Assembly (NCBI GenBank): GCA_016839815.1
Contig: JAEOTM010000159.1
Coordinates: 1 to 45,218, forward strand
Direction of reading: 5' to 3'
From: Candidatus Hodarchaeota archaeon
GTDB taxonomy: Archaea; Asgardarchaeota; Heimdallarchaeia; Hodarchaeales; Hodarchaeaceae
Length of the DNA: 45,218 nt
The position numbers were made by a program, and so were the translations under genes. Within the stretch, counting starts at the first letter, position 1; each line of letters begins with the position of its first letter. The notes under the pieces are model-generated. The model ran no database searches. It was given only the letters and a program-made list of their open reading frames with translations, and was not told the DNA's origin. This document shows positions 1-10,120 of this stretch, in pieces.

Positions 1-147
1 ACACCTTTAGGATATGGAAGAGATATTACTTACTTTCTCAGATTGGAAGTTCTATGGATTCCGATTGTGCTATATGGTTTAACAATTTTCTTTGCTGGTG
101 TTGTTTTCTCATACTTACGTATTTTTAAAAAATACAAAACAAAATGA
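1..147 (+). CDS. 3' end of a membrane protein (partial, runs off window start)
   Basis: Frame 1 is open from base 1 to TGA at 145-147: TPLGYGRDITYFLRLEVLWIPIVLYGLTIFFAGVVFSYLRIFKKYKTK, a TM helix plus basic tail; ends 7 bp before the rnhA ATG. Confidence 0.6.
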   Translation, partial: TPLGYGRDITYFLRLEVLWIPIVLYGLTIFFAGVVFSYLRIFKKYKTK

Positions 148-154
148 ATCAGTG

Positions 155-586
155 ATGACTAGTTTAAGTGGATTTACAATCTATACTGATGGAGCCGCAC
201 GGGGTAATCCAGGACCCGCAGCTGCAGCCTTTCTTGTCTTAGAAAATGGGAAAATTGTACATAAGCATAGTTCTTTCCTCGGTACTCAGACAAACAATCA
301 AGCAGAGTACCAAGCAATTATTAGTGCACTAAAAAATACTAAACAATTCACAAAAAAGCATATCCAGATATACTCTGATAGTGAACTTATAGTCAAACAG
401 TTAAATGGAGAATTTCAAGTCAAAAGTCCACGATTAAGAGGTCTATATCAGGAAGTAATTACTAGAATTCGAGATTATTCATCAGTTGAATTTTTCCATG
501 TCCCACGGACTAATCCATGGATCAAGAAAGTAGATAAATTGTGTAATGAAGAACTTGATCGACGACGCATAATAAAGTCTTCTTAA
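155..586 (+). CDS. rnhA: Ribonuclease HI family protein (archaeal/Halobacterium type)
   Basis: YTDGAARGNPGP, TNNQAEY, YSDSELIVKQ, HVPR..N..VD motifs with the D-E-D-D catalytic set; ATG 155 preferred over TTG 92, which overlaps the upstream CDS. Confidence 0.93.
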   Translation: MTSLSGFTIYTDGAARGNPGPAAAAFLVLENGKIVHKHSSFLGTQTNNQAEYQAIISALKNTKQFTKKHIQIYSDSELIVKQLNGEFQVKSPRLRGLYQEVITRIRDYSSVEFFHVPRTNPWIKKVDKLCNEELDRRRIIKSS

Positions 587-590
587 ACTG

Positions 591-1757
591 TTATAGATTA
601 TCCCAGTACGTTTTTCTTTCTCTATCAGGCATTAACGCATTCCGACGGTATTTGAATCCGGGATATCCAGTCGATAGGGGGTCAATCTTTTCAATCAACC
701 TCAAAACTCGTTTTATTTCTTCAGAAGGACGTTTTTCTGAACTCAAAACGTCGATGACTTTAACATCTGACTCCAATTCTAGAAGGAGAGCATAAGAACT
801 TATATAAGCCTTGATGAACGAATCTGAGATCATTAATATAATCACGATGCATATACACAGAATTAATGAGGACTCTTGGATGATATAATTTTCAGAGGTT
901 GCAGAATACATAACCAATCCAAAAAGTGCAAGATATAATGTGAATAAAGTATTGTGTATAAGATAATAAACATTATATAGGAAACGTTTTTCTAATGAGA
1001 GCCAGCAAAGTTCTCGAACACAATAAATTATACTGTCCTCTCGCTCTGTCTGAAAATGAGCAATTTTTGAATAAGCTAGATATACTACCTTATCAACTGC
1101 TGCTCCTATTGCTAATTTCCCATAATAATTAGGAGGTAAATCCGCAAGTCTAATTTTAACATTCCCAAATCCTAATTTTTTTCCCCACTCTTTCAGCTCA
1201 ATCCTCATCTCTTCATCAGGTGTACGATCATCTAATGCCATTACTCTCTGATTATAGCTATCTATATGATTTAAAAACGAATTTAAGATTAATAGCACAC
1301 TTATAAATACTACGACTAGTCCTACAATCTGTAAAATACCAGTTATAGGCAGCTCGGACCCTTCTTCTGCATTACTACTAAAGAGAGAGAATATCAGGAG
1401 AAGAAAGAAGAGTGGGAAAAGTGCGGATTGAATACGAAGACCAAAAACTTCAAGGATTCTAATAAAATCTTGGACAATTGACCCTGTCACACGAAATTTT
1501 CTCATTCTACCATAGATTCTTTGGGTTGAGACCACTCCTATGAATAAGAAAAAGATACTAATTAGAGCTATAATTGATAAGCCAATATCTTGATCAAAGA
1601 ATACTACTAGAAGCACAGTTAGGCTAGTAAGTATTATCGGTATTATAATTAACTGAATGAAGAGAAGAAATTTATTCTTTCCTAATATCATAAAAGGATC
1701 TAGTTCTGGATCGTGAGCTTTCTTATGCATTCCCAATGAGACTTCATATTCTTTCAT
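591..1757 (-). CDS. Multi-pass membrane protein, M48 (Ste24/HtpX)-like, predicted catalytically inactive
   Basis: About 6 TM helices; Ste24-like order LGFGNVKIRLAD...KVVYL...RELCW (HExxH position), two TMs, ELESD (ExxAD), YP...RRNAL (HP...RI position). Confidence 0.55.
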   Translation of the reverse strand: MKEYEVSLGMHKKAHDPELDPFMILGKNKFLLFIQLIIIPIILTSLTVLLVVFFDQDIGLSIIALISIFFLFIGVVSTQRIYGRMRKFRVTGSIVQDFIRILEVFGLRIQSALFPLFFLLLIFSLFSSNAEEGSELPITGILQIVGLVVVFISVLLILNSFLNHIDSYNQRVMALDDRTPDEEMRIELKEWGKKLGFGNVKIRLADLPPNYYGKLAIGAAVDKVVYLAYSKIAHFQTEREDSIIYCVRELCWLSLEKRFLYNVYYLIHNTLFTLYLALFGLVMYSATSENYIIQESSLILCICIVIILMISDSFIKAYISSYALLLELESDVKVIDVLSSEKRPSEEIKRVLRLIEKIDPLSTGYPGFKYRRNALMPDRERKTYWDNL

Positions 1758-2001
1758 TATTCAGTAACCCTCAATTTATCTATCTAAAACGGTAGTAAAC
1801 TACTTTAGAGAGTTTACAACACTATCTTTCTATTTACCGGGTGATAATCCCAAAAAAACTGGCTATTCCCCCTCTCACTCTAGTATTTTTAAAAGGAATT
1901 TCTTTTTGACATTTGCAGAATAACTTTCTAAATTATAATGACTGAATGCTATTATACTCAATTTCTCGTATTATAAAGAGTTAGAAAATGAGTGATACAA
2001 G

Positions 2002-3006
2002 ATGAACACTCCAAAACTTAAATTCTTCTTAGTTGTTCTACTATTTTTGGCACAAATTCCGTTAATACAGGATCTCAAGGCAGTAAATGATACAAATGAT
2101 ACCCTTCAGGAAATTTATGACCGTGGTTATCTTCTCATTGGATCAGATGCAACATATCCACCATTCGAACAGATAAATAGGAGCACAAATCTAGTAGAGG
2201 GATTTGATATCGATCTTGCTCATCAAGTGGCAATTGCTTTAGGAGTCGGATTAAAAGTAAAGACTTCAGCATGGGATCCTATTATTCCCAATCTCCAAGC
2301 AAACCAGTTTGATGTAATAATTTCTGCTATGCCTATTACAGAAGAACGTGAAGAGCATATCGATTTTACTCGCTGGTATTATAAATTCCATCAAGCAATC
2401 TTAGTCGAAGCTGGGAATCCACTAGGTATCTGGGCCGAAACTGATCTAAATGCAACGATTACGATAGGTGTCGAATCGGGTACTATTTCTGATAACTGGG
2501 CACAGGAATATTTGAATGATAGTGTCACTCTCTATACTTTTGATAACATTTTCCTTGCTATTGCTGCACTTAAACAAGGATCTGTGGATGTCGTATTGGG
2601 TGATTACCCGATTTTAGCTAGGGATGAACAAGAAAGTGGACAAACAAAAGTAGTGGATATCTTCGCTTCTAAAGATTTAGGATTTGCATGCCGAACAGGT
2701 GATGATAATCTCCGAAATGCATTGAATGATGTTCTCGATACTCTTCTTGGGTCTGATGAATCGAACCCCAATCCCACAGATCTCTATAATACAATTTATT
2801 ATAAATGGTTTGGCGTTTCTGCATGGGACATAGGATATTTTGGAAGTGTTACTGATGCTGAAATTTCCTATGTATGGTTTGAAGATCCCACAACTACTAG
2901 AAAGTCTACAACAATCCCCAAAATATCTCCTGCATTCTCCCTATTCCCCTTTCTATATCTTATTCCAATTGCTGTAAATTATAGAAAGAATTTGAAGAGA
3001 AATTAA
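2002..3006 (+). CDS. Polar amino-acid ABC transporter substrate-binding protein (family 3) with Thr linker and PAF C-terminal anchor
   Basis: Signal peptide; GSDATYPPFE, GFDIDLA, WDPIIPNL, FDVIISAMPITEERE..IDF motifs. Confidence 0.9.
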   Translation: MNTPKLKFFLVVLLFLAQIPLIQDLKAVNDTNDTLQEIYDRGYLLIGSDATYPPFEQINRSTNLVEGFDIDLAHQVAIALGVGLKVKTSAWDPIIPNLQANQFDVIISAMPITEEREEHIDFTRWYYKFHQAILVEAGNPLGIWAETDLNATITIGVESGTISDNWAQEYLNDSVTLYTFDNIFLAIAALKQGSVDVVLGDYPILARDEQESGQTKVVDIFASKDLGFACRTGDDNLRNALNDVLDTLLGSDESNPNPTDLYNTIYYKWFGVSAWDIGYFGSVTDAEISYVWFEDPTTTRKSTTIPKISPAFSLFPFLYLIPIAVNYRKNLKRN

Positions 3007-3027
3007 CGATGAATTCTTGAAATTTCG

Positions 3028-4098
3028 TTAAACAGAGACGATCCATCCGTACGAATCATCAATCATTCCATATTGAATCCCGATTAGTTGATCATAAATC
3101 TTTTGTGTCATCTCACCAATTTGAAAATTATTGATGATATGTTCCTGACCTTGATAACGAAGACACCCGACAGGCGCGATACTAGCGGCTGTTCCAGCAC
3201 CGAAACATTCTTGTAAAGAACCATCTTTGGTTCCTGCCACAATATCATCCATTGAAAGAGCTTCTTCTTTAATAGAATATCCAAAGTCTTTAGCCATCTG
3301 AATAACACTTTCACGAGTCAATCCAGGTAATATTGTCCCACTATCCAGAGGAGCTGTGTATAAAGTATCCTGGTAAACAAAGAAGATATTCATGGCCCCT
3401 ACTTCTTCAACATACTTTCTATGAATTGCATCTAACCATAGGACTTGGCTATATCCTTGTTCTAACGCTTTCTGGCCAATTAGTAAGCTGGCCGCATAAT
3501 TACCCCCTGTTTTTGCATATCCTGTTCCTCCAGGTGCTGCTCTGATGTAATTTTCACTTACCCAGATCTTAATGGGTTTAAATCCTTCTGGAAAATACGG
3601 ACCAACTGGGGAAAGGATGATGTAGAATAGATAATCATCGGAAGGAATAACTCCTAGTCTTCCTTGAGTTCCTATCATCGTAGGACGAATATAAAGTGAT
3701 GACCCAATTTTCTTAGGAGCCCAATCTCTTTCTAAATCTAAAAGCATTTTTAATGAATCCAGATATATCTCTGGGGTAATTTCTGGCATTGCCATGCGTT
3801 TTGCGGAGTTATTAAACCGTTTCACATTCAATTCGGGTCGAAAAAGATTTAGTTTTCCCTCCTTGGTGCGATATGCTTTTTGACCTTCAAAAATTGTCTG
3901 ACCATATTGAAGAGCAATAGCTGAAGGTTCTAACATAAGAGGACCATATTTGGTTATTCTAGGATCCTTCCATTCCCCAGCTCGATAATTAATCTTAAAC
4001 ATTCTATCAGTAAAATATTTTCCGAATTCCAGTACATTCTCCTGTTCGTATTTCCTCTTAAACTCATTTTCTGGAATCTGTTCTTGTCTTATCTTCAA
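3028..4098 (-). CDS. ilvE: Branched-chain amino acid aminotransferase (class IV PLP)
   Basis: YGQTIFEGQKAY, LYIRP, AKTGGNYAASL (PLP lysine), EVGAMNIF, ILPGLTR, GAGTAA; TTG start. Confidence 0.95.
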   Translation of the reverse strand: MKIRQEQIPENEFKRKYEQENVLEFGKYFTDRMFKINYRAGEWKDPRITKYGPLMLEPSAIALQYGQTIFEGQKAYRTKEGKLNLFRPELNVKRFNNSAKRMAMPEITPEIYLDSLKMLLDLERDWAPKKIGSSLYIRPTMIGTQGRLGVIPSDDYLFYIILSPVGPYFPEGFKPIKIWVSENYIRAAPGGTGYAKTGGNYAASLLIGQKALEQGYSQVLWLDAIHRKYVEEVGAMNIFFVYQDTLYTAPLDSGTILPGLTRESVIQMAKDFGYSIKEEALSMDDIVAGTKDGSLQECFGAGTAASIAPVGCLRYQGQEHIINNFQIGEMTQKIYDQLIGIQYGMIDDSYGWIVSV

Positions 4099-4210
4099 TA
4101 TTTTACCTTCCTCTGTTCTATAAAGAAATATCAGTAGAGAATTGATATATATTATTCTTCGAATGTTTGGGTATCAACAAACCTACAAATTGAATCTAGG
4201 AAGTGTAGAC

Positions 4211-5392
4211 ATGGTTGATCTAGATGAGAGTTTACCTGAAGCAGAGGTCTTACGCGAGCTCAAGGGACAACTAGGAATTTCTCTGAGAATAGGGAGAGAA
4301 ATCATGATTCAAAACAACCATATTGTAGGTATGAACTTAAGTGGACTGAATTTAACAAAATTACCTGACTCAATCGGAGATTTACAACATCTAATGGGGC
4401 TTAAGGCAATATCCAATCAAATAACCTCTGTACCTGATTCATTAGGTCAACTCATCCACTTACATACTTTAGATTTGAGACGAAATAGAATCAAATCTAT
4501 TCCAAATTCTTTGGGTAAACTTAGAAGTCTACATACGTTATCCTTATCCCATAATAAGTTAAACACACTCCCTGATGAGCTGGGTAACTTAAAAGAACTG
4601 AAAGCACTCGAGATTGATGCTAATCAATTTAAAGAGCTTCCTGAAGTCCTAATCCACCTCTCTTCCCTAGAATCTCTTGACTATTCAAGAAACAATTCCG
4701 AAAATTTCCCCGAAATTATCTACCAACTGACTAACCTACATTCATTAAAGGCTGAAATGAATCATTTCCGTACGCTTCCTGACACCATTTGTAACCTCAA
4801 ACAGCTCATCACGCTTGATTTATCCTCTAACTCTTTTACAGAATTTCCAGAAGCAGTATGTCAACTCGCTAGCTTACGACTATTAAAAATTTCCGGTTGT
4901 AGGCTTAAAACTATACCGAAATCTCTTGGTAGATTATCAAATCTCAGATCATTAGACCTTGGAGGGAATCTATTATCTGAACTCCCTGACGAATTGAGAT
5001 TACTAACCAAATTAACTCACTTGAATCTTAGGGGGAACTCCTTAACGAAACTTCCTGATGTTTTCCAAGATTTCCAAAACCTAAGAGTCCTTCAAATTGG
5101 TGATAATGAACTTAAAACAGTACCTGAATCTTTAGGCACCCTTGACAATCTCCGTCAGCTTGATTTGAAGAAAAATCTAATTTCCAATCTCCCTGAATCA
5201 TTCTCAAATCTCAAAAAACTTGAGTTCTTAGACTTGTCCAAAAATCACACGTTTTCAGCGTTCTTTTTAACTCATTGGGTAATAGATAGTCCATTTGAGA
5301 TGGATCCAATGATTGAAAATGGTCCTGTGTATCAGATTCAACAATGGCTGACAAAACTCAAGCAAATGGGTTGCACAATAATTCTGAAATAA
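4211..5392 (+). CDS. Leucine-rich repeat protein (about 13-14 repeats of 23 aa)
   Basis: Repeated LPxxLGxLxxLxxLxLxxNxL units; C-terminal cap WLTKLKQMGCTI; ATG 4211 preferred over TTG 4142. Confidence 0.93.
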   Translation: MVDLDESLPEAEVLRELKGQLGISLRIGREIMIQNNHIVGMNLSGLNLTKLPDSIGDLQHLMGLKAISNQITSVPDSLGQLIHLHTLDLRRNRIKSIPNSLGKLRSLHTLSLSHNKLNTLPDELGNLKELKALEIDANQFKELPEVLIHLSSLESLDYSRNNSENFPEIIYQLTNLHSLKAEMNHFRTLPDTICNLKQLITLDLSSNSFTEFPEAVCQLASLRLLKISGCRLKTIPKSLGRLSNLRSLDLGGNLLSELPDELRLLTKLTHLNLRGNSLTKLPDVFQDFQNLRVLQIGDNELKTVPESLGTLDNLRQLDLKKNLISNLPESFSNLKKLEFLDLSKNHTFSAFFLTHWVIDSPFEMDPMIENGPVYQIQQWLTKLKQMGCTIILK

Positions 5393-5410
5393 TTCTTGAA
5401 TCTTCGTCAA

Positions 5411-5451
5411 CTTTCCCTATTTTAGTTGATAAACAACTATAATAGAGAAAG
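5411..5451. repeat. Long imperfect inverted repeat between convergent genes (possible bidirectional terminator)
   Basis: ctttccctattttagttg (5411-5428) / caactataatagagaaag (5434-5451): 16 of 18 positions complementary, 5-nt loop. Confidence 0.7.
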
Positions 5452-5528
5452 ATTAGTCGAGGTAGGACGAAATACAGTGGATATAAAAAGTAATAAAGCT
5501 ATATAATCTGTGTCAACTTATTCGAATA

Positions 5529-6017
5529 TTATCCATCCAACAAGCCTAGTGTTTCCAACAGTAGGGGGAGCATTTCTCCTTGTCCTGCTATTAACTCGGG
5601 CATATCTTTTTCTAAGTGTATCCATCGATATTGAAGTATTATTATGTGTCCAGGATCGAGACTGGGAGTGCGTTCGACAATTTTCCAAGTTGAACGGGTC
5701 TCTTCTTCACATTGAAAGTGGAAGAAATACCGTTCGTGAGTCATTGTTTTATCATAAACCGATGGATCGAATGTGTACCTTGTCTTACCCAAAAAGGATA
5801 ATAGAATCGCATTCTCCAGTCCAGTTTCTTCCAATACTTCCCGAATTACTGCTGTCTTAATATTTTCTTCCTTTTCAACAGTTCCTCCTGGAACTTGAAT
5901 ACCTGCTTCAGATAAAGGCACACCGGTTTGGGGATCTGGTTGTTCAAAGACAAGAAGCTTATCACCCTTGGTTATGTAGGCATATACTTTCTTCTTAATG
6001 ATTAAATTATCAGTCAT
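5529..6017 (-). CDS. NUDIX hydrolase
   Basis: Complete Nudix box GGTVEKEENIKTAVIREVLEETGL. Confidence 0.92.
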   Translation of the reverse strand: MTDNLIIKKKVYAYITKGDKLLVFEQPDPQTGVPLSEAGIQVPGGTVEKEENIKTAVIREVLEETGLENAILLSFLGKTRYTFDPSVYDKTMTHERYFFHFQCEEETRSTWKIVERTPSLDPGHIIILQYRWIHLEKDMPELIAGQGEMLPLLLETLGLLDG

Positions 6018-6023
6018 TCCTCA

Positions 6024-6866
6024 TTAGTCCAAAGGTGTGACTTTTGGTGGAGAACGAAACCACTCATGAGCTACACTACTAGTATGTTTGACTGTTACTT
6101 GATAATCTGCTAGGGCTGGATTAAATTCTTCAACCTTTAAGATAACATAATTCTTCTTGTAAAAACCAATATTGTTCATTGCTAAATCTACTGGTACCCA
6201 AAATACTTTAGGAGAAAAAATTTCAGCCCATGCATGTCCTTCTACTGAATTACCATTTTCAGAGATGTAATATCCTGTTAATCTCCGAGACGGAATACCT
6301 CTCAAGCGTGCAAGAGTAATAAATAAGTCAGTAAACTCATCACAGTCACCAATTCCATAAAGTAATACTTTTTGAGCTCCCAACCGTTTCTCTTGATTTT
6401 CTCGAACTTTAATTTTATCTAGCACGTGTAAACTTGCATTATTAACCCAAGTATTCATATGTTCTTTGTTAAACCACTCCTCATTAACGATTTCATCCAT
6501 TAATGAGCTTTGAATAGGCCAGTACTGTGAACTTTCGGTGTAACGTTGCCTTTCTTCTGCAGATATATCAGAAATTTCCCCCCAATTGTCACTCATGGAG
6601 ATTTGCTGCACAATAGGTTCGATTTGAACCGTTCGATTAAAAGATATGGATCCACGTTGATGGACTTTTTTATTAAAGATAAAAAACGAATTCAGCTTTT
6701 TATGTTGAAGTTTACAATCTTTCGGTCCTTGGAGTAGTGTCACTTTCTGACGATAGGGAGGATAATGAAAAAATTTTATTCTTAGGATAGGAGAACCAGT
6801 TGTTCGATATCTTAATTGTTCTTGGTGGTGAAAGTTCCAAGAATTCACATTATCTAAATTATTCAT
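6024..6866 (-). CDS. Transglutaminase-like cysteine protease domain protein
   Basis: GDCDEF...ARLRGIPSR...GHAWAE...WVPVD gives a Cys-His-Asp triad; start uncertain (6866, 6902 or 6962). Confidence 0.85.
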   Translation of the reverse strand: MNNLDNVNSWNFHHQEQLRYRTTGSPILRIKFFHYPPYRQKVTLLQGPKDCKLQHKKLNSFFIFNKKVHQRGSISFNRTVQIEPIVQQISMSDNWGEISDISAEERQRYTESSQYWPIQSSLMDEIVNEEWFNKEHMNTWVNNASLHVLDKIKVRENQEKRLGAQKVLLYGIGDCDEFTDLFITLARLRGIPSRRLTGYYISENGNSVEGHAWAEIFSPKVFWVPVDLAMNNIGFYKKNYVILKVEEFNPALADYQVTVKHTSSVAHEWFRSPPKVTPLD

Positions 6867-6954
6867 CCCTACTACATCGAAGTTATTATATTCTGACCAC
6901 ATAATAGATCTTGCTATAAACTTGCAGCTAATACTTCTCATCAGGAGATTCGAT

Positions 6955-7428
6955 TTGATCAAACTAGACCAGATTCCAGATAAGCCAGGAACCTATATTC
7001 TCGTTCTTCAAGTTTGTGAAAACGTTCTAATTCAGGTCAAGACGTTACAATGGACTTTGAACCCAGGGATCTATCTGTATTTTGGTTCAGCTAAAGGAAG
7101 AGGTTCTTCTTCGCTAAAAAATAGAATTAAACGTCACTTTAACTCGGAAAAGACAGTATTCTGGCATATTGATTATCTTACAACGCACCCTTCAATTACT
7201 CTCCAGTGTGCATATCTTAACATAAATATCCAAAGCACTGAGTGTCAAAATCTGAAAGAAATGTCAAAAACTACAGAAATGGAAATTCTTTCTAGATTCG
7301 GAAGTTCAGATTGTAAACAAAAATGTGGTGGGCACTTAGGATACTTAACTGAAGGGAATTTTACTCTTAAGCGACTTGATTACCTACTTAAAAAATGGAA
7401 ATGGAAGGGAATTGTAGATAAAACTTAA
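6955..7428 (+). CDS. GIY-YIG (Uri superfamily, DUF123-type) endonuclease
   Basis: GTYIL, GIYLYFGSA, RIKRH, WHIDYL, FGSSDC..C..HL; TTG 6955 follows AGGAG (ORF track start 6922). Confidence 0.88.
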   Translation: MIKLDQIPDKPGTYILVLQVCENVLIQVKTLQWTLNPGIYLYFGSAKGRGSSSLKNRIKRHFNSEKTVFWHIDYLTTHPSITLQCAYLNINIQSTECQNLKEMSKTTEMEILSRFGSSDCKQKCGGHLGYLTEGNFTLKRLDYLLKKWKWKGIVDKT

Positions 7429-7451
7429 AATGATCAGTTATTTCCCAACAA

Positions 7452-7499
7452 TTCTCGATGAATATAAATCATTATAAATCCCGAATCTTCTATCTAATT
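7452..7499 (+). repeat. Direct repeat, left copy (pairs with 14207-14254)
   Basis: 23-bp identical core gatgaatataaatcattataaat (7457-7479); 36/39 and 42/48 identity with the copy 6755 bp downstream. Confidence 0.85.
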
Positions 7500-7592
7500 T
7501 TGTAATCTACGACGAGTAAAGTTACATTTTTGTTTGTAATAATTACCATCAGTCACTGGTGAGGTATAAAATTGCCATTAGGATTCAGAGGG

Positions 7593-7627
7593 AAAAAAAG
7601 AAAAGGGGCAAGGATGTTCTTCCTTGC
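7593..7627 (-). terminator. Hairpin plus U-rich tract downstream of the 7695..8228 gene
   Basis: Inverted repeat gcaagga / tccttgc followed on the minus strand by ccccttttcttttttt. Confidence 0.55.
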
Positions 7628-7694
7628 TAATACTAGCGATGATTATTTGACTGTTGACGATTGATTTCACACTGTCTTTGGTTTGTGGATTGGA

Positions 7695-8228
7695 TTATGC
7701 CACTACCTCAAAGGGAAGGTTGTAAAAAAACCTACTCTCAAGATGTCTATGAACCACTTCATAGCCGTTATAATAGAATCCATAACCCTCATACCAATAC
7801 CATTCGATACTAAGCGTATGCCAGTCTGGTTCAAAGTACCCTGGTTCAAAGATATGATAGAAGAACTTCCATTTAATTGGTACTCCACCAGGATAGTAAG
7901 GCATAACAAATTCACCATCTTTGTCATTCCATGCAAAACGCAACATTTTGACTTCTTCACCGTCAAAAAGGACACGTACTTTAAAGGGTTGACAGAATAA
8001 CTCAAGATCTTTTTGATCTTCAGTCTGTCCTCGTGCTAAGATCAGTATACTTTCCTTTGAGGCTGAAATGGGGGGGAAGCCCATAAATGCTGGCCTTATT
8101 CGTTGTTCATCTGGAAAATTAATCACTTGATGACGTTGGCCTGCTTGAACTACTACTATCAATCCCAAAGCTAATATTAGAAAAGTTATAGATAGTATCT
8201 GTTTAGTCTTTTTCTTTGTTTGATCCAT
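7695..8228 (-). CDS. Secreted hypothetical protein
   Basis: Basic N-terminus plus hydrophobic signal peptide ending VQA; aromatic-rich, beta-like body; terminator-like element downstream. Confidence 0.75.
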   Translation of the reverse strand: MDQTKKKTKQILSITFLILALGLIVVVQAGQRHQVINFPDEQRIRPAFMGFPPISASKESILILARGQTEDQKDLELFCQPFKVRVLFDGEEVKMLRFAWNDKDGEFVMPYYPGGVPIKWKFFYHIFEPGYFEPDWHTLSIEWYWYEGYGFYYNGYEVVHRHLESRFFYNLPFEVVA

Positions 8229-8756
8229 TTTAATGTCACTTCCACTTATTTGTAAGGAGATAGAGTCATTTCCTCTCCTTGTTAATGGAATAGATGTAAT
8301 TATAATTTGAAAATTATAATCACAAACTCCTCCATGTTAGAAACAGCATAAGAAGAAATGGTATCAGAAAAGTGTAACAACTCTGTATACACTGATTTTA
8401 TTGGACAGACAATGAGTATAATTCAGTTTCACAAAATTGAAACCCAATCTATATGTGCTGTTTCAATGTCCAATCAGGCCATCCTCTATTACATTATTAT
8501 TCGTTACCATGGGATTGTTGACAATATTCTAATAAGAAAATGTTGGAAAAATTATAATAGATAATAAAAGGAGGTTTAAATGCGATTATTATGAATTTGG
8601 AAGATTTATCACAAGGATTTTTGTGCAAACAGATTAATTCACACTATAAGTAGAAATCAATGCATTAAATAAGTCTATCATTATTTTTCTTCCTCTTTCT
8701 ATCTATAAGTCAATAACGATATAAAGGATAATCTACCCGTCATTACACTAAAATCT

Positions 8757-10034
8757 ATGTTGGTAAAAATGATGTTAATAACTTGTCTATCCTTTAGAAA
8801 GATCGTTAAAAATCAACTCTTAATATCTTTACTAATAATGATTGTACTAATCGTAGCAGTTGAAACAAAATTTGGTAATAGCACTATCTTATCCCTACAA
8901 AAAGGAAATACGTGGATAAACATGTCACCAACAACCAACCCACAACCTCGTTCCGATTTCAAGGCAGTTTATGATGTAAAAGCTGATAAAATTATCATAT
9001 TTAGTGGACTTCAGATTTTTGTAGGAAAGTATCAAGATACTTGGTCTTATGATTTTAATACTAATCTATGGACAAATATGTCATCAGATAACATGCCGTT
9101 GGCACGGGAAGCCTATTCAATGGCTTATGATGAAGAATCAGATCGGACAGTTCTCTTTAGTGGAGTAAAGATAGGACCATGGGAATGGATATGTTGGAAT
9201 GAAACCTGGTCATTTGATTATGAGAGTAATTCATGGACATTTATGGATCTTCCGATACAACCCTCCGGACGTCTTTGGGCTGATATGGTATATGATAAAG
9301 GCTCAGATAGGATAATCCTTTTCGGAGGATTTAGTAAGGATACGATGTATGCAGATACATGGGCTTATAATTTCAACACCAACGAATGGATCAATATGAC
9401 TCCTTCCATCCAACCCTCACCTCGTTGGGGGCATAGAATGACATATGATGAAGAATCAGACCTAGTTATCCTATTTGGAGGATCAATAGCACTCCCTTCA
9501 CCCCCAGTAACAGTTAGGGATACCTGGACGTACGATTATGATACAAATACATGGGTAAATGTGACATCTTCCACATCTCCTCAAGGTTCAGTTAATCATG
9601 ATTTAACATATGATACAAAGTCAGATCGAGTCATTTTTTACGGAGGAGGTGATGATAACCTAATAAACAAAGGAGAAACTTGGATTTATGATGTTAACAC
9701 CAATCGCTGGTCAAATAAGACACCAATCACATCACCAGAACCAAGAAGAAGATCTGGAATGGCATATGATGAAGAGTCGGATCGGACAATACTTTTTGGA
9801 GGATGTTTTGACGACTTTTCACTTATAGACGAAACCTGGGCCTATGACTATCAAACAAGTGAAGGACCAGAATCATCAACATCGAGTACAACAAGTAAAG
9901 AACCTGAATCCTCAACATCGAAACCAACCCGAATACCTTCATTAACTTTGGAACTTGCTATTATTTCCTTCTCCATATTCGGTAAACAATTAAAAAGGAA
10001 ATCGAAAAATAAGTCAAAATTTCGGTTCGAGTAG
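8757..10034 (+). CDS. Secreted Kelch-repeat beta-propeller with Ser/Thr linker and C-terminal anchor
   Basis: Six repeats of P..R....MxYDxxSDRxILFGG...DTWxYDxxTNxW; tail PSL + hydrophobic + KRK. Confidence 0.9.
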   Translation: MLVKMMLITCLSFRKIVKNQLLISLLIMIVLIVAVETKFGNSTILSLQKGNTWINMSPTTNPQPRSDFKAVYDVKADKIIIFSGLQIFVGKYQDTWSYDFNTNLWTNMSSDNMPLAREAYSMAYDEESDRTVLFSGVKIGPWEWICWNETWSFDYESNSWTFMDLPIQPSGRLWADMVYDKGSDRIILFGGFSKDTMYADTWAYNFNTNEWINMTPSIQPSPRWGHRMTYDEESDLVILFGGSIALPSPPVTVRDTWTYDYDTNTWVNVTSSTSPQGSVNHDLTYDTKSDRVIFYGGGDDNLINKGETWIYDVNTNRWSNKTPITSPEPRRRSGMAYDEESDRTILFGGCFDDFSLIDETWAYDYQTSEGPESSTSSTTSKEPESSTSKPTRIPSLTLELAIISFSIFGKQLKRKSKNKSKFRFE

Positions 10035-10120
10035 AATTAAATCTGAGAAGATTAATATTGGGCTTTGTAGTGTTCTAAATTGGACAATTAACAGAAAATA
10101 TAGCATTTAGTTAAGAAAAG

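Noticed and set aside
3108-3545. Short ORFs 3108..3314 and 3333..3545
   Set aside because: Alternative-frame or antisense shadows inside ilvE
5510-5860. 116-aa plus-strand ORF
   Set aside because: Antisense to a NUDIX gene with a complete Nudix box
7683-8005. ORFs 7683..8000 (+) and 7703..8005 (-)
   Set aside because: Overlap the better-supported signal-peptide ORF 7695..8228
8358-8564. 68-aa ORF in the divergent intergenic region
   Set aside because: No motif or recognisable family; plausible chance ORF in AT-rich DNA
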